Origin: Tubiluchus corallicola
Lineage: Eukaryota; Animalia; Priapulida
Direction of reading: 5' to 3'
Length of the DNA stretch: 64,000 nucleotides
NCBI GenBank assembly: GCA_030141605.1
Contig: JAQGDQ010000792.1
Span: 31,272-95,271 of the forward strand
The position numbers and the translations under genes were made by a program. The notes beneath the pieces are model-generated. The model was not told the origin of the DNA and made no database searches. It saw only the letters and a program-made list of their open reading frames with translations. Positions 46,542-60,642 of the stretch are shown piece by piece; the stretch's first letter is position 1, and each line of letters starts with the position of its first letter.

Positions 46542-48218
46542 TTACACTATTCTAACCACAGCTGAAAGCGCTTTTTTCTCTCCCGGTTCCTGTCCAGCAG
46601 GATACGTTCCTACTGTATACTTGATCTTACTAGGTCCCTGCTGACTGTAGCCAGGCTGAACCGGTTGCTGGTTATAACCAGATCCGGGAGGCGCATTATA
46701 CTGCAAAGACTGTTGATTGTAACTGGATGGGTGGTCATAGGGCACGTTGTATTGTTGATTTCGTTGTCCATTCGATGAGGGTTGTTGGTAGTTGGCTGCT
46801 GGTTCGTACTGCATGGGTTGGTAATTGTAGGAAGGCCTGCTGTTGTACTGGTAGGGTTGCCTGCCATCTGGCGACTGATTTGGCGAATACTGGGCCTGCT
46901 GATTGTAGCCAGTTGCTGGAGCTGCGGAATTGTATCCTCTTGGCGCTGATTGGCTGTACGACTGTGGCGTCCTCTGGTAGTCGTTTCGTGGCGACGCTTG
47001 ATGAAATCGTGGCGGTGGTCGTTGTTGTTGTTGCTGCTGCTTCTGCCACTGGCGGTGATGCGTATTGTAAATGTTATTGCTTCGAGATTCTGGCCTTCGG
47101 TAATACTGAGGTGGTTGTTCTCGTCTACCGTAACTCTGTGCACCTTGTCTACCGTAACCCTGTGCACCTTGTCTACCGTAACCCTGTGCACCTTGTCTAC
47201 CGTAACCCTGTGCACCTTGTCTACCGTAACCCTGTGCACCTTGTCTACCGTAACCCTGTGCACCTTGTCTACCGTAACCCTGTGCACCTTGTCTACCATA
47301 ACTCTGTGAACCCTGTCTACCATAACCTCCTCTGCTTCGTCCGACCCACGTTCCTCCACTGCATGTTGCCACCTAAACACAAATGTCATTAACAAACCAG
47401 TTTCTACAGTTAGTTATGAGTGGTGGGTTCATAACTGAGTGGTCACAGCGTTGCAACAATCTTATTTAATTTTATTTAATCTTGTTTAATCTTATTTACT
47501 TTAATCTTATTTACAAGATACAGTATTTTAAAATTTTACTTAGCTAATAACATGTATACTACGAATGCTCTAATTACTTTTTCAAACTTTAAACGATTTC
47601 ATCTAGACTTATTTCAAATTACATCGTTAAAATGCCTACGCCTAACGATCATCGCGGGAGTCTATGATTTTACGACTTTTATACAGCGTTACTACTAACG
47701 CAAGCTCTGTATGCAATAAGACATTTTCTTGTGTCTTTAATAATCAGTTTAGTACCCGGTCGTCCGGTAATCCTTTAGTTAATACAATTAATTTAATTCA
47801 TTGGTTCAAATAAAATTCTCTCAAGTATGGGCCATAACCGTAATGACATAGTAGCTAAAACTCTGATCAATACATATTGTCCACCCATTTTATTATACGG
47901 ATGCGAAACTGGGGGTATATCAAACAATGAAGTTAATGCCATTAGGGTAAAATGGAACACTGCTTGTAGAAAAATATTCGATTTTAGACAATTTTTACTA
48001 CAATGTGTGGTTATTATAAAGTTGAATGTCTGTAGATATGTTATTTTACTAACATAGCATTACCTGTTTTACTAACATCTTTACCTTTGTAAACTGTATA
48101 TTTTTATACGAAATAAACTGATAATAATACAGTTAAAAAATGAATAAACAAATGTCGAAGTATGTAAAAAAATACTTACCATAAGCAAAACCAAGAGAAA
48201 CATTCTAGACGTATTCAT
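46542..48218 (-). CDS. Secreted Q/Y/G/P-rich repeat protein B (289 aa); coding exons 48218-48180, 47372-46542
   Basis: [13 protein letters not shown]|VATCSG signal peptide across a phase-0 GT-AG intron, then 8x GRQG(A/S)Q(G/S)Y encoded by a 24-bp repeat, then a Q/Y/P/N-rich tail. Confidence 0.88.
47510..47740 (+). mobile_element. 3' part of MITE family A
   Basis: Similar to ~19620-19900; ends ttttcttgtgtctttaa. Confidence 0.6.
47827..48120 (+). mobile_element. Decayed LINE 3' fragment
   Basis: L...YC.P.LLYGCE......WN.A.RKIF resembles a LINE ORF2 C-terminus. Confidence 0.55.
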
Positions 48219-48316
48219 CTTATATCTAAAAACAAGCATTTTAAACGTTAAAACTTAGAAAATAATCAAATATCAAATACTTTTCTATGGGTAATAGAAA
48301 GCGATAACGGTATTTT

Positions 48317-49521
48317 TATAGGTTTTACACATCAAATGTAGACACAAGAAAGTTCAAATGTGACTTAGGTAAGTCAAATGTAGACACAGGAAAGTTCAAA
48401 TGTGACTTAGGTAAGTCAAATGTAGACATAGGAATTTCGAATGTGTTTTGGTAACTCAAATGTGACTTAGGTAAGTCAAATGTAGACATAGGAATTTCGA
48501 ATGTGTTTTGGCAACTCAAATGTGACTTAGGTAAGTCATGTGTAGACATAGGAATTTCGAATGTGTTTTGGTAACTCAAATGTGACTTAGGTAAGTCAAA
48601 TGTAGACATAGGAATTTCGAATGTGTTTTGGCAACTCAAATGTGACTTAGGTAAGTCAAATGTAGACATAGGAATTTCGAATGTGTTTTGGCAACTCAAA
48701 TGTGACTTAGGTAAGTCATGTGTAGACATAGGAATTTCGAATGTGTTTTGGTAACTCAAATGTGACTTAGGTAAGTCAAATGTAGACATAGGAATTTCGA
48801 ATGTGTTTTGGTAACTCAAATGTGACTTAGGTAAGTCAAATGTAGACATAGGAATTTCGAATGTGTTTTGGCAACTCAAATGTGACTTAGGTAAGTCAAA
48901 TGTAGACATAGGAATTTCGAATGTGTTTTGGCAACTCAAATGTGACTTAGGTAAGTCATGTGTAGACATAGGAATTTCGAATGTGTTTTGGTAACTCAAA
49001 TGTGACTTAGGTAAGTCAAATGTAGACATAGGAATTTCGAATGTGTTTTGGTAACTCAAATGTGACTTAGGTAAGTCAAATGTAGACATAGGAATTTCGA
49101 ATGTGTTTTGGTAACTCAAATGTGACTTAGGTAAGTCAAATGTAGATGCATTACTTTGAATAAATCGGTAATTAACTTATTTAAGTGCAAATTAGAAAAA
49201 GATAAACCAAAGACAGTGCATCTATTAGTAGACCTTTAACGTTGTTATTTTAACTTAAGAGCAATTGTTAAATTGAAATTAAAGAAGATTGAATTTAACA
49301 TCCTTAAACTTTAACACCTATCCACATTTGTGATACCAATGTCACATTTGACTTGACATGTGTCTACATTTGACTTACCAAAAACGCTTAAGATTTCTTG
49401 AAAACCATTGTTAACACATTTGAACTACCTAAGTCTACATTTGAGTTAACAAGACACATTTGAATTACCTAAATCTACATTTGAGTTAACGCAGGTCTAC
49501 ATTTGACATGTAAAACCTATA
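48317..49521. mobile_element. TIR element (MITE) containing a 60-bp satellite (~13 copies, ~48400-49146)
   Basis: tataggttttacacatcaaatgtagac ... gtctacatttgacatgtaaaacctata (27-bp inverted ends, 2 mismatches), with inverted caaatgt/acatttg subterminal repeats. Confidence 0.82.
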
Positions 49522-50087
49522 GTAAAGAACTGCTTGTGCTTTAAATATAAAATATAGTTTATAAGTCTGTTTGTCTTTCTGTGCATCACGACATAGTAAA
49601 ATTTCTCAACTAACAAAACGCGTATTTTCTCAAAAATGCTCTAAACTGGTTCATTTTAACACATTGTTAATTTCAATACAGTATTTCTCATATGTCACAG
49701 TTTAACACTGCAGTATAAGTTTAAGCTCACGAAACGTCTAATGACCCCTACTAAACTAATAATATTTTATTACGCACTTTTACTTGTACTGCTCTCAGCA
49801 CTAACACGGATTACTTTCTATAAAACACCAACTACATACGTAAAGAGGTTCTTTCGTCTTTGCCGCAAACCACTGTGAAGTCGGAATGAGATATTCAGTC
49901 AGTAGAACAGCTGAACTTCCGTCATGTAACTAGTGGTCTACATTTGAAGTTCAGCCATTTTAATGGCTGTGTCATGGTCTAAAACACAGTTGGTTTTGTC
50001 ACACGATTACCTCTGACTGTTGTACAGTCATAAATTATTTGCGGTGTACAGTCCCATATACTCAGATCTTATGAAAACTGAGGAGAT

Positions 50088-50751
50088 TTAAATGACAAGA
50101 AAAGGGGCACCCGAAGTAGGTTTCAGAAAAATTGCCTAAAAAAATTATATTACTTTATAGCAATTTTATGCGCGTATCGTACTCGCATTGGCAGGAATTT
50201 TAGTTTGTTTTCATTTTAAATCTCCCGCAATGTTGTTCCAACCGCGTCATTACGTGACGTCATACACACACAACTTAAATCAGGGGAAGTAAAGGCAATG
50301 TTAAATTATGTCCCAAAAAGCATTCGATGCAAATCTATATTCTTAGCATTTTGCTTACCTGCAAGACTTATGTAACTAGACTAATAATTTAAAATGTTTG
50401 TGCCAATTGGTAAAATGTCACTGACTCACCCTCCAGGGTGCGCCACTCACTAACCAAAAAAACGTATTTTTAATGTTATTGACGAGATTCAGTAATTTAA
50501 AACTTTACTTAGTTAGTGACGTTTGTGCTACGAATGCTCTGACTATTTTTTCAAAGTTTACACAATGTTTCCTAAACTTGTTTCAAATGACCTGTCGTCA
50601 AAATGGCTGCATCGAACGGTCATTGTGGGAGTTAAATTTACATGTTTTATACAGAGTTACTGCCGACGCAAGCCCTGCAGGCAAAAAGGCAGTATGTAAG
50701 TTATATAAATTTTTTAAGCTTGTGTAATTGGAGGGTTTTCTTGTGTTTTAA
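50088..50751 (+). mobile_element. Full-length MITE family A (Kolobok-like, TTAA)
   Basis: ttaaatgacaagaaaa ... ttttcttgtgttttaa; colinear with 18764-19903. Confidence 0.78.
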
Positions 50752-50805
50752 ACGTCCTGACACTTTGTCACGGTGTTAATGGGAAAGATTACAATGTTAG
50801 ATAAG

Positions 50806-51068
50806 TTTGCAAACACACATTATTAGCAATATCTATTGTTTTCTCTTTCACAAACACGTGCAACACGCTCGTGGAATATTTCTGCTGTGGAAAATTTTGT
50901 TAGTTTGTGATGTCATCAATAGTTGGGCTCCCCTGCCGTTAATTAAGTTTTTAATGTATTATTTAATTATCAGCAACGCTTTTGCTGTATTAATCGTGTT
51001 AACATGTATACTTTTTATTGGACTTGAAAATGGGATAGTGTATGAAAAATCATCCTGTCTTCCTTTAA
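50806..51068 (+). mobile_element. MITE family C, right part (ends catcctgtcttcctttaa)
   Basis: Similar to 58735-58972 and to the reverse of 63240-63400. Confidence 0.7.
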
Positions 51069-51647
51069 CTAAGGGTCTGGGTTTTCAGCATACATCTGAA
51101 TCAACTGTTAGGTAAACTAGGTGACCACGACTAGGCTATGTAACTGTCATTATTCTTCTACTCTCGACGCTAACGTAAAATGTATAAAGTTGTGGCAAGA
51201 CCCGTACCTTCTGGCAATCTTCTGAATGAGTCGCTATACCGTCAGAGACGTCACGACGTCATTCGAATTCGTATTTAACCCGCTTCTGCGAAGTGAGTCA
51301 GATGCTTTATAAAATCGCCCGGAGGTAATTTTTCAGGCGAGCACTTTAACCTAGGTCACATACCGTGACCACTCGGCTATTCACTTCGTTACAGTCAATT
51401 AAATTAAGTTGCACGATTATTCGAGACGGAAAAGTTCAGACTTTGAATTAATTCTGATCAGAGTTCCGTCGCCCGATCATAATTACAAAATAATTTAACT
51501 GGTATGTTTGAAAATGGTTTACGATTCCAGGCTTACGGTAATTGAGCAATAACAATTCTGTTTACAAGCTGAACTTGTTAGAATTTTAGACTTCCTCTTT
51601 CACAAGTGTTACTTAGTGAGCGCAGGTTTTTTGTGCAGTTTGAGCTC

Positions 51648-53047
51648 GTTTATGGATCGGTTTGTGGATCTAAATGGTTGCTTATGGATCGCTTTATGGA
51701 TCTAAATGCTTGTTTGTGGATCGCTTTATGGATCTAAAGGCTTTTTTGTGGATCGGTTTGTGGATCTAAATGCTTGTTTATGGATCGCTTTATGGATCTA
51801 AATGCTTGTTTGTGGATCGGTTTGTGGATCTAAATGCTTGTTTTTGGATCAGTTTATGGATCTAAATGCTTGTTTTTGGATCGGTTTGTGGATCCAAATG
51901 CGTGCTTATGGATCCCTTTATGGATCTAAATGCTTGTTTATGGATCGCTTTATGGATCTAAATGCTTGTTTATGGATCGTTTACGGATCTAAATGCTTGT
52001 TTATGGATCGGTTTATGGATATAAATGCTTGTATATGGATCGCTTTATGAATCTAAATGCTTGTTTAAGGATCGGTTTATGGATATAAATGCTTGTATAT
52101 GGAACGCTTTATGGATCTAAATGCTTGTTTGTGGATCGCATTATGAATCTAAATGCTTGTTTGTGGATCGCTTTATGGATCTAAAGGCTTTTTTGTGGAT
52201 CGCTTTATGGATCTAAATGCTTGTTTATGGATCGCTTTATGGATCTAAATGCTTGTTTGTGGATCGCTTTATGGATCTAAATGCTTGTTTATGGATCGCT
52301 TTATGGATCTAAATGCTTGTTTATGGATCGCTTTATGGATCTAAATGCTTGTTTGTGGATCGCTTTATGGATCTAAATGCTTGTTTATGGATCGCTTTAT
52401 AGATCTAAATGCTTGTTTATGGATCGCTTTATAGATCTAAATGCTTGTTTGTGGATCGCTTTATGGATCTAAATGCTTGTTTATGGATCGCTTTATAGAT
52501 CTAAATGCTTGTTTATGGATCGCTTTATAGATCTAAATGCTTGTTTGTGGATCGCTTTATGGATCTAAATGCTTGTTTATGGATCGCTTTATAGATCTAA
52601 ATGCTTGTTTATGGATCGCTTTATAGATCTAAAATGCTTGTTTGTGGATCGCTTTATGGATCTAAATGCTTGTTTATGGATCGCTTTATAGATCTAAATG
52701 CTTGTTTATGGATCGCTTTATAGATCTAAAATGCTTGTTTGTGGATCGCTTTATGGATCTAAATGCTTGTTTATGGATCGCTTTATAGATCTAAATGCTT
52801 GTTTATGGATCGCTTTATAGATCTAAAATGCTTGTTTGTGGATCGCTTTATGGATCTAAATGCTTGTTTATGGATCGCTTTATAGATCTAAATGCTTGTT
52901 TATGGATCGCTTTATAGATCTAAAATGCTTGTTTGTGGATCGCTTTATGGATCTAAATGCTTGTTTATGGATCGCTTTATAGATCTAAATGCTTGTTTAT
53001 GGATCGCTTTATAGATCTAAAATGCTTGTTAGTGGATTGCTTTATGG
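51648..53047. repeat. 32-bp minisatellite, ~43 copies, with a 97-bp higher-order trimer at the right end
   Basis: Unit ttatggatcgctttatggatctaaatgcttgt; an extra-A variant recurs every 97 bp (52631, 52728 and onward). Confidence 0.96.
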
Positions 53048-53189
53048 AAATTCTTTTGACAAACTTGAAATGGAGTCGTGCCATCCAGACCCCTATGTGT
53101 GTTTAAAACTTAAAACGGATTCATCTCTCAAACAATAAAGAAATACATCGATGCCAGAGACGAATTTCTGAAGATCCATCAAGATTTGT

Positions 53190-53585
53190 TTAACCCTTTC
53201 GGGTTGGTACTTTTGTTCAGTATGTCCATCTTGTTTACACATAATAATTATTTTTTTCTACCTGTGCCCGCGTGCTAAATATAGCCTGTATCCCACGGGA
53301 TACATTGGGATTCAATGGAAGCATAAAATGTGCTTCATTTTGCAACTGCTGATAATTTTTTAAAGTATTTAAGACATTTAGTATGCATCATATGCTGATC
53401 TGTACAAAGTCATCTCTAAAGTACTGTACCTTGCACAGTTTTTTATATTTTTAGTCCAATGTTATTGGCTTAAATCAAAATAACTATTAACAGATCAAAT
53501 AAATGTCAGTTTTAAAATTTTATTAATTTTAAAGGCAGAAAATATTCTCGTATCCCACGAGATACAACGGGTATGAAAGGGTTAA
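53190..53585 (-). mobile_element. piggyBac-like MITE, copy 1
   Basis: TTAA|ccctttc ... gaaaggg|TTAA; largely the reverse complement of 57207-57681. Confidence 0.85.
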
Positions 53586-53607
53586 GATTAATGTGGTGAC
53601 GTGTACG

Positions 53608-53742
<135 letters not shown>

Positions 53743-55762
53743 CCTCTCTACAGGCTGATAACATTTGTTAAAATTGATGATTTCTGCTGCTACAAACGCA
53801 TTTACAGTTTTCTCACTTTTTTACGAAGGAATCGCTAGCATCCGTTTGTAGTTTTTTCCCCTTTACAACTAATCTGTATATTGATGTGTTTTTTAGTATC
53901 ATTGAATGTATAGTTTTTAACAATCTCTCAGAAATCTAAACAAGTGACTTATTTTATGTACAGTGTCTAATTAATAATGCTTTTATTTGCACGGTATATG
54001 AGGTCAGACCTAAATAAAATATTAAAATTTAAATCTAAAATCTGTATAACGTCTGGATGAGGGACTTTTTCAATGTTTATGTCGCAAATCACAATTCATT
54101 GTCACAAACATACGTCTGTCACGACTCATTTTCATATAGAGGGAACCTTGAGCTGTCTCATTGGTTAATATCTTGCTTTAACTCAAGTAAGTTTATATAT
54201 ATATATATATAAGTAAGTACATATGTACATAAATATATAAACGCTAAGAAAAATATTTAAATGTACTTCAAAAATAAATAATATTTTATTTACAGAAATA
54301 TTCCGTGCGTATAGTCATGATAATTAGTTAACTCAAATAAACGAAGCATACCATTTATACGATTATTAGGTAAAAATCAGGTAATATGTACAATGAGAAT
54401 AACAAGTGATAGATATTAAATACTTGTGTATAAATGAATCTTAATATCTTTTTAATACAGCAAATTAAGTGCGACCGAATGTAACTAAACGTTATAAAGA
54501 TTTAACAACAAGGTTACTACCTAATTATGTACAAAAACAATGGCATTTAAAACTACGTATCGAAATGCCAATGGGCGTTAAATTATAAACTATTTATACG
54601 TGCAGAAACTTTATAATTGTTAATAGTGTTCTATTATACTATGTTTATTATGATTGCTCTTTCAACACCAAGTGTAACGCTTCAGTAAGAATAACCTGGA
54701 TTGCGTTTCGAGGGTGACAACCGTACTGACAGCTTTGACACGCTTCAGAACACTTAATTTCTCATTAACAAGCAGAGTTCAACCATTACGCTTAGAGTTA
54801 GCTTAATTACAGTAGATAGACCTACTTTACCTAGTTATTACTTAACTTCAACGTAACCTCGAAAACTGACTCCTACAATCCTGATTTAATTCGCAAACAG
54901 TGGTGTGTAACTGCAAAACTACGAGTTGTTCTAGGTACAGCACAATGGTGCCAAAAAAGCACACCAAACACGCTTTCAATGTTATATATGAAAACAATGT
55001 TGAATATGAAAACAATGTACAGCAAAAATCACACGAAACGTGCTTTCAAATGCTGTACATGAAAACGATGTTAAATATGCAAACAATGTACAGCAAAAAC
55101 ATTCCAAACATGCGTTCAATGCAGCTTATGAACAAAATCTTGCATATACAAACAATGTACAGCAAAAAGCACACTAAACCTTCTCAACATTCCAGACGCC
55201 ATACAACAATCAGTAAACTGTCATTGTTTGCAACTGCTGTATTGAAAGCATATTAATGTTTGCTTGTCGTGAATTAATTGTGTCATAGCTAAACTTGGAC
55301 AACTCGTAGGAGTTAATGACATAGTTTACACGCCTTACACCTTCCGTAATGACGTCACGCTGAATGTCGCTTCATTGTGGGCTGTTGTTACAGTGAAAAG
55401 AAATACGAGAAAGGTAAATACATAATAAATAATACATAAATAATTACAGCTACTATATTATGCAGTGGAGACTGTAGTAGTTTTACGTAGCCGTCTAAAT
55501 AAAAATTGTGATTAATATTATTACTGAAACCGGTTACTTAATTATCTATACTAACCTGATATGCGTAAACAATAAATATATAAACAAAAAACTCCAAGTA
55601 TTATATATAAAAATCACAGATTCAGCGCAGAGCAGCAAAAAATTACATCATTGGCCCGTATAACCAAGCATAAATATGGATTATGAAATCTGAGATTCAT
55701 TGAAATGGTTGACAGGAAACTGATATTATGAGAAAGTATGGAAGACGAAATGAAATTAATAC

Positions 55763-58247
55763 CTAATTAACTGTTACGCTTGTACTCGCTCCAACCGTCT
55801 GATTTCTTTTTTGATCTCTTCTACCTTTCCTTTTTCTGAATTTTTGTTCGTAGCCACCAGGTTGAACATCTTCAGTGACAGGAAGTTGGGCCTCTTGGCT
55901 GTATCCAAGCTGGTAAACCTGCCTTTGTTGTGGAGCGTATTGCTGCTGGTAAGGCCTGTATCCTTGGTCATAGCCCTGTTGTACTGGTCCTTGATTGTAT
56001 TGTCCCTGGAATTGTTGTCCCTGTGGTACTGGTCCTTGATTGTATTGTCCTTGGAATTGCTGCCTTTGTGGTACTGGTCCTTGATTGTATTGTCCCTGAA
56101 ATTGTTGCCCCTGTTGTACTGGTCCTTGGTTGTATTGTCCCTGAAATTGTTGCCCTTGTGGTACTGGTCTTTGGTTGTATTGTCCCTGGAATTGTTGCCC
56201 TTGTGGTACTGGTCCTTGGTTGTATTGTCCCTGGAATTGTTGCCCTTGTGGTACTGGTCCTTGGTTGTATTGAGGTTGTACTCCATAGTTCTCCTGTGCT
56301 TGTGGATAGTGTTGTTCGTAACCACCTTGATACTGTTGTTGAGGATCTTGCGAATAATCTTGATCAGGGACGTACTGTTGTTGATCATAACCTCCATACT
56401 GAGCTCGCGCCTGTTCTCTCTCCTCTGCTTCTTGCCTGTGTGCCTCTTCCATTGCCCTGTGGACGTTGGAGACATCAATTTTCCTGTTAGGATCTAAGCT
56501 GATGTCCAAACTTCCAGACAGGGCATGTTTAGGGCCAACGTTATATCCTTGAAGAGGCTTCTTGTCGAATTGTTGTCCTCCATCGAAGCCTATGCCCTCC
56601 TTGTATCCTTGCTGCTGTCCAGATTGTTGGAATCCCTGGATTGCTTGTTGGTAATTTGGTCCCTGCTGTAGGTATCCCTGTCCAGGCTGTTGGTATTCCT
56701 GGTGTCCTTGATTGTACTGGTTGTCTGGCACATAAAGACCCGTTGCTGGTCCTTGCGGTGCATAAACGCCGCTCCCTGGGCGCTGTTCGTACCCATATTC
56801 TGGACCTTGATGTCTAAATTGTTCTCTTGGTCCTTGGTTTACAGGTCGAAGTCGATTGAAAGAAAAGTCTCTTGGTTGCCCAACTGGAAGCGATCGGTCT
56901 GGTGGGTTGTAACTGATACCGGAACTTACGTAGGACCTCTTGTCCAGCATTGGTGAATATCCGTGACCCCGTCGATTTTCATCGCCCAAAAAACCTCCTC
57001 CTTGCCCAGGTTGTTGTGCCCTGCACGTGCACAGAACCTAAAACCAATAAAACGCTCTCATTTCCACTTCATATCTTTTTGTATACAGATTGCTGTAGAA
57101 GAGACGGTAAGGACTTTAACCTATCTGACCTAACACACTCTTTGCCACCATCAGTTGATCATGGCTTTTTATAATAAAGTATCATAAAGGAAAACAATTA
57201 CAATGATTAACCCTTTCATACCCGTTGTATCCCGTTGGATACGAGAATATTTTCTGCCTTTAGAATTAATAAAATTTTAAAACTGACAGCTATTTGATCT
57301 GTTAATAGTTATTTTGATTTAAGCCAATAACAATAGACTAAAAATGGTGATAAAATGGCAAACTAGAACATCTACATAGCATAAAAAACTGCGCAAGGTA
57401 CAGTACTTTAGAGACGACTTTGTACAGATCAGCGAAGCATGAATACTAAATGTCTTAAATACTTTAAAAAATTATCAACAGTTGCAAAATGAAGCACATT
57501 TTATGCTTCCATTGAATCCCAATGTATCCCGTGGGATACAGACTATATACAGGCTATATTTAGCACGCGGGCACAGGTAGAAAAAATAATTATTATGTGT
57601 AAACAAGATGGACATACTGAACAAAAGTACCAAGCCAAAAATTTTTTTTTTTTTTAAATAATTTGGGACTGAAAGGGTTAAGAATGCATGAGAATATCAT
57701 TTCATGATGCCTGCATAAACAAGGAACTAAAAATGGAATCGATCTTTTCGGCAAAGCATAAATTCGCAGCTATTCTCTTTGAAGAAATGGATTTATGTAC
57801 GGACTAATAAAAATTGTCGAACAAATATGCAAACTTAACTTGACCCAGTATAAACAAACAGTGTTCTTGTCAAACAAGATAAATTATTTTTAAAACACAT
57901 TTAAGTTTACCGCAGTTTGAGCAAATAACATTATAATTCTCGTAAGTATCATGAAGACTACTGAAGATACGTGATAAAATTACAGCTAACTCTGACATAT
58001 GGTGTCTTTGAAAAGAGAAACATATTATTTGACAAAAATACCGTCAGTAAATGATGACTTATTTGAATAAGATAAAAGAAGTTCGCCGAGGTGGAGAATG
58101 CAAGTGAAATATGAGTATTTGTTTTTGTGAACTCCTAAACGATGGCGCCACACAACAATCTGTCTCTTGCCTGTTGACACCCTGATGGTTAATATTAAAT
58201 TTGTAACTTACCGTAAACAATATTGCTACAGCAGCTATTTGCTTCAT
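55763..58247 (-). CDS. Secreted Q/G/Y/P-rich repeat protein C (436 aa); coding exons 58247-58212, 57037-55763; probable 5'UTR exon ending at ~59636
   Basis: MKQIAAVAILFT|VLCTCRA signal peptide across a phase-0 GT-AG intron, six full plus one partial QYNQGPVPQGQQFQG repeats (45-bp unit), and a basic C-terminal KFRKRKGRRDQKR. Confidence 0.88.
57207..57681 (+). mobile_element. piggyBac-like MITE, copy 2, in the intron of protein C
   Basis: TTAA|ccctttcataccc ... gggactgaaaggg|TTAA. Confidence 0.87.
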
Positions 58248-58424
58248 TGTGACACTAAAAAGAGAGACAATTTAGAACCATAAATGTATCAAAAATTATC
58301 ATTAATAATAATAAAAGACACACACACACATATGCATTAGATATTAGGTATTTATATATATTTAGATACTTACAAGACATACATAGTTTGATGATTAGTA
58401 TTTAAATATAGTTATATATAATAC

Positions 58425-58461
<37 letters not shown>

Positions 58462-58669
58462 AACTTTATTTATTTTGAATGTATTTACAACTCAGTAACA
58501 GATTACTGATCACAGTATTTCCATTATGTGCAATGATGAAATATACAATTAGTTAGTTCGAGTATTTAATAACTCAAAATAGTTAGTTCAAGAATACAGT
58601 TCATTAGTTAATACTTAATTAAAATTTACAAAACCCGTACAATAGATACAATAACAGAAACAGAAAGTT

Positions 58670-58972
58670 TGGAAATTTTATATATAAATTTGCCTACTTT
58701 TAGTACAACACACTGAATATCTTACAGTAGCACTGTCCTTCAATTTCCGCTTTCGCAAACACGTGCAACACGCTCATGGAACATTTTTGTTGTTGAAAAT
58801 TATGTTAGTTTGTGATGTCATCAACCGTTGGACTCGCTCGCCATTAAATAAGTTTTTAATCTATTATTTAATAATCAGAAACGCTTTTGCAGTATTAATC
58901 ATGTTAAAATGTATATTTTTTATCGACATAAAAATGGGGTAGTGTATGAAAAATCATCCTGTCTTCCTTTAA
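58670..58972 (+). mobile_element. MITE family C, right part
   Basis: Similar to 50806-51068; ends catcctgtcttcctttaa. Confidence 0.7.
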
Positions 58973-60189
58973 TCTAAATATAATATTGTGCAACAACAAG
59001 AATCAGCAGTTCGTTAACCAATAGAAAAGCTCAATTATCAATAAACACATCAAGGATAAACTCTTTTTTGAAAAAATACAACATATTGCACGAGAAATAA
59101 AGATTTCGAAATCAGTTTATTTCATCGTTGTTATTAAAATTTCAAAACAAAAGTATTCCACTCTTACACGATAAAATCCAATTGAAATCAATCAACTGTT
59201 CTCCATTGAAATTGTTTAATAACTGATAATTCTTCTCAACTGGATGTCACAATACTTTTGTTTCAAATTTAAATAGTTTACAAGAATATTAAATTATGAA
59301 AATTTAACAAAGTTTTGATGGACGTATGAATTGCACACTAAATATCTATGTTTCGAAATCTGATACCAAGTTTTTTAGTACAATATAATGTACATATAAT
59401 TTACCAACTGTTTGTCAGTAATTTATAATTAGTAGGTAATTCCAGAAAATATTATATAGAAATCGATTTTCTTAGATTATATGAGTAATTATCAGTAATT
59501 TATAATTAGTAGGTAATTCCAGAATTAAATATGAAAGTGATTTTCTTAGATTTTATAAAAATCTCTTCTTACCAATATTCCTTTATCACCACATCAGCAA
59601 AAATAAAAAAATTGAAAACTTATACAGTAGCTTACCTTTTCATTTGCCTAGCATCCAGTTCTTTTCCTTCTAACGACTTCTTGCTAACAGAAAATTTTCT
59701 TTTCTCCAAGTGAATTTATGTAAGTTTCGTACTTCTTGCACTTGAAATGCTGACCTGTCACGTGACCTATACCTGCATTGTGATTTACCTGTCCGAAAGT
59801 CGTCACCTTTGCTAATGAGTGGTGTCACATCAGCAGGTAAGTTGTGTCATCGACCCATATCCAGGTGAATGTAATGATTAGCTCAGGGGGCAGCACATTG
59901 TTTAGAGATAAATTATTCGGTCGTGTCAAAGGCGATTAACACAGTGACACAAACGTTAGATAATTAGCAGTTTTTCTTTGTTTTCATGGTAAAGGTTCGT
60001 CGGACAAGCTGAAACGTTTGTACCGTGACATCCATCCAATTCAAGGTGGGCAATTAAGGGAGTAATTAAGACAATTAAACTACTCAGGTATGAACATGTA
60101 TGTTTAGCAGTGCAGCGACAGAAATCTGATTATTATAAGATGAAAATATTATTAATTTTACCTAGGGGCATCAATTGAAATGACGTTGT

Positions 60190-60642
<453 letters not shown>

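Noticed and set aside
48325-49119. 264-aa 20-mer repeat ORF upstream of protein B
   Set aside because: It is the 60-bp satellite inside a TIR element, with no signal peptide or supported splicing.
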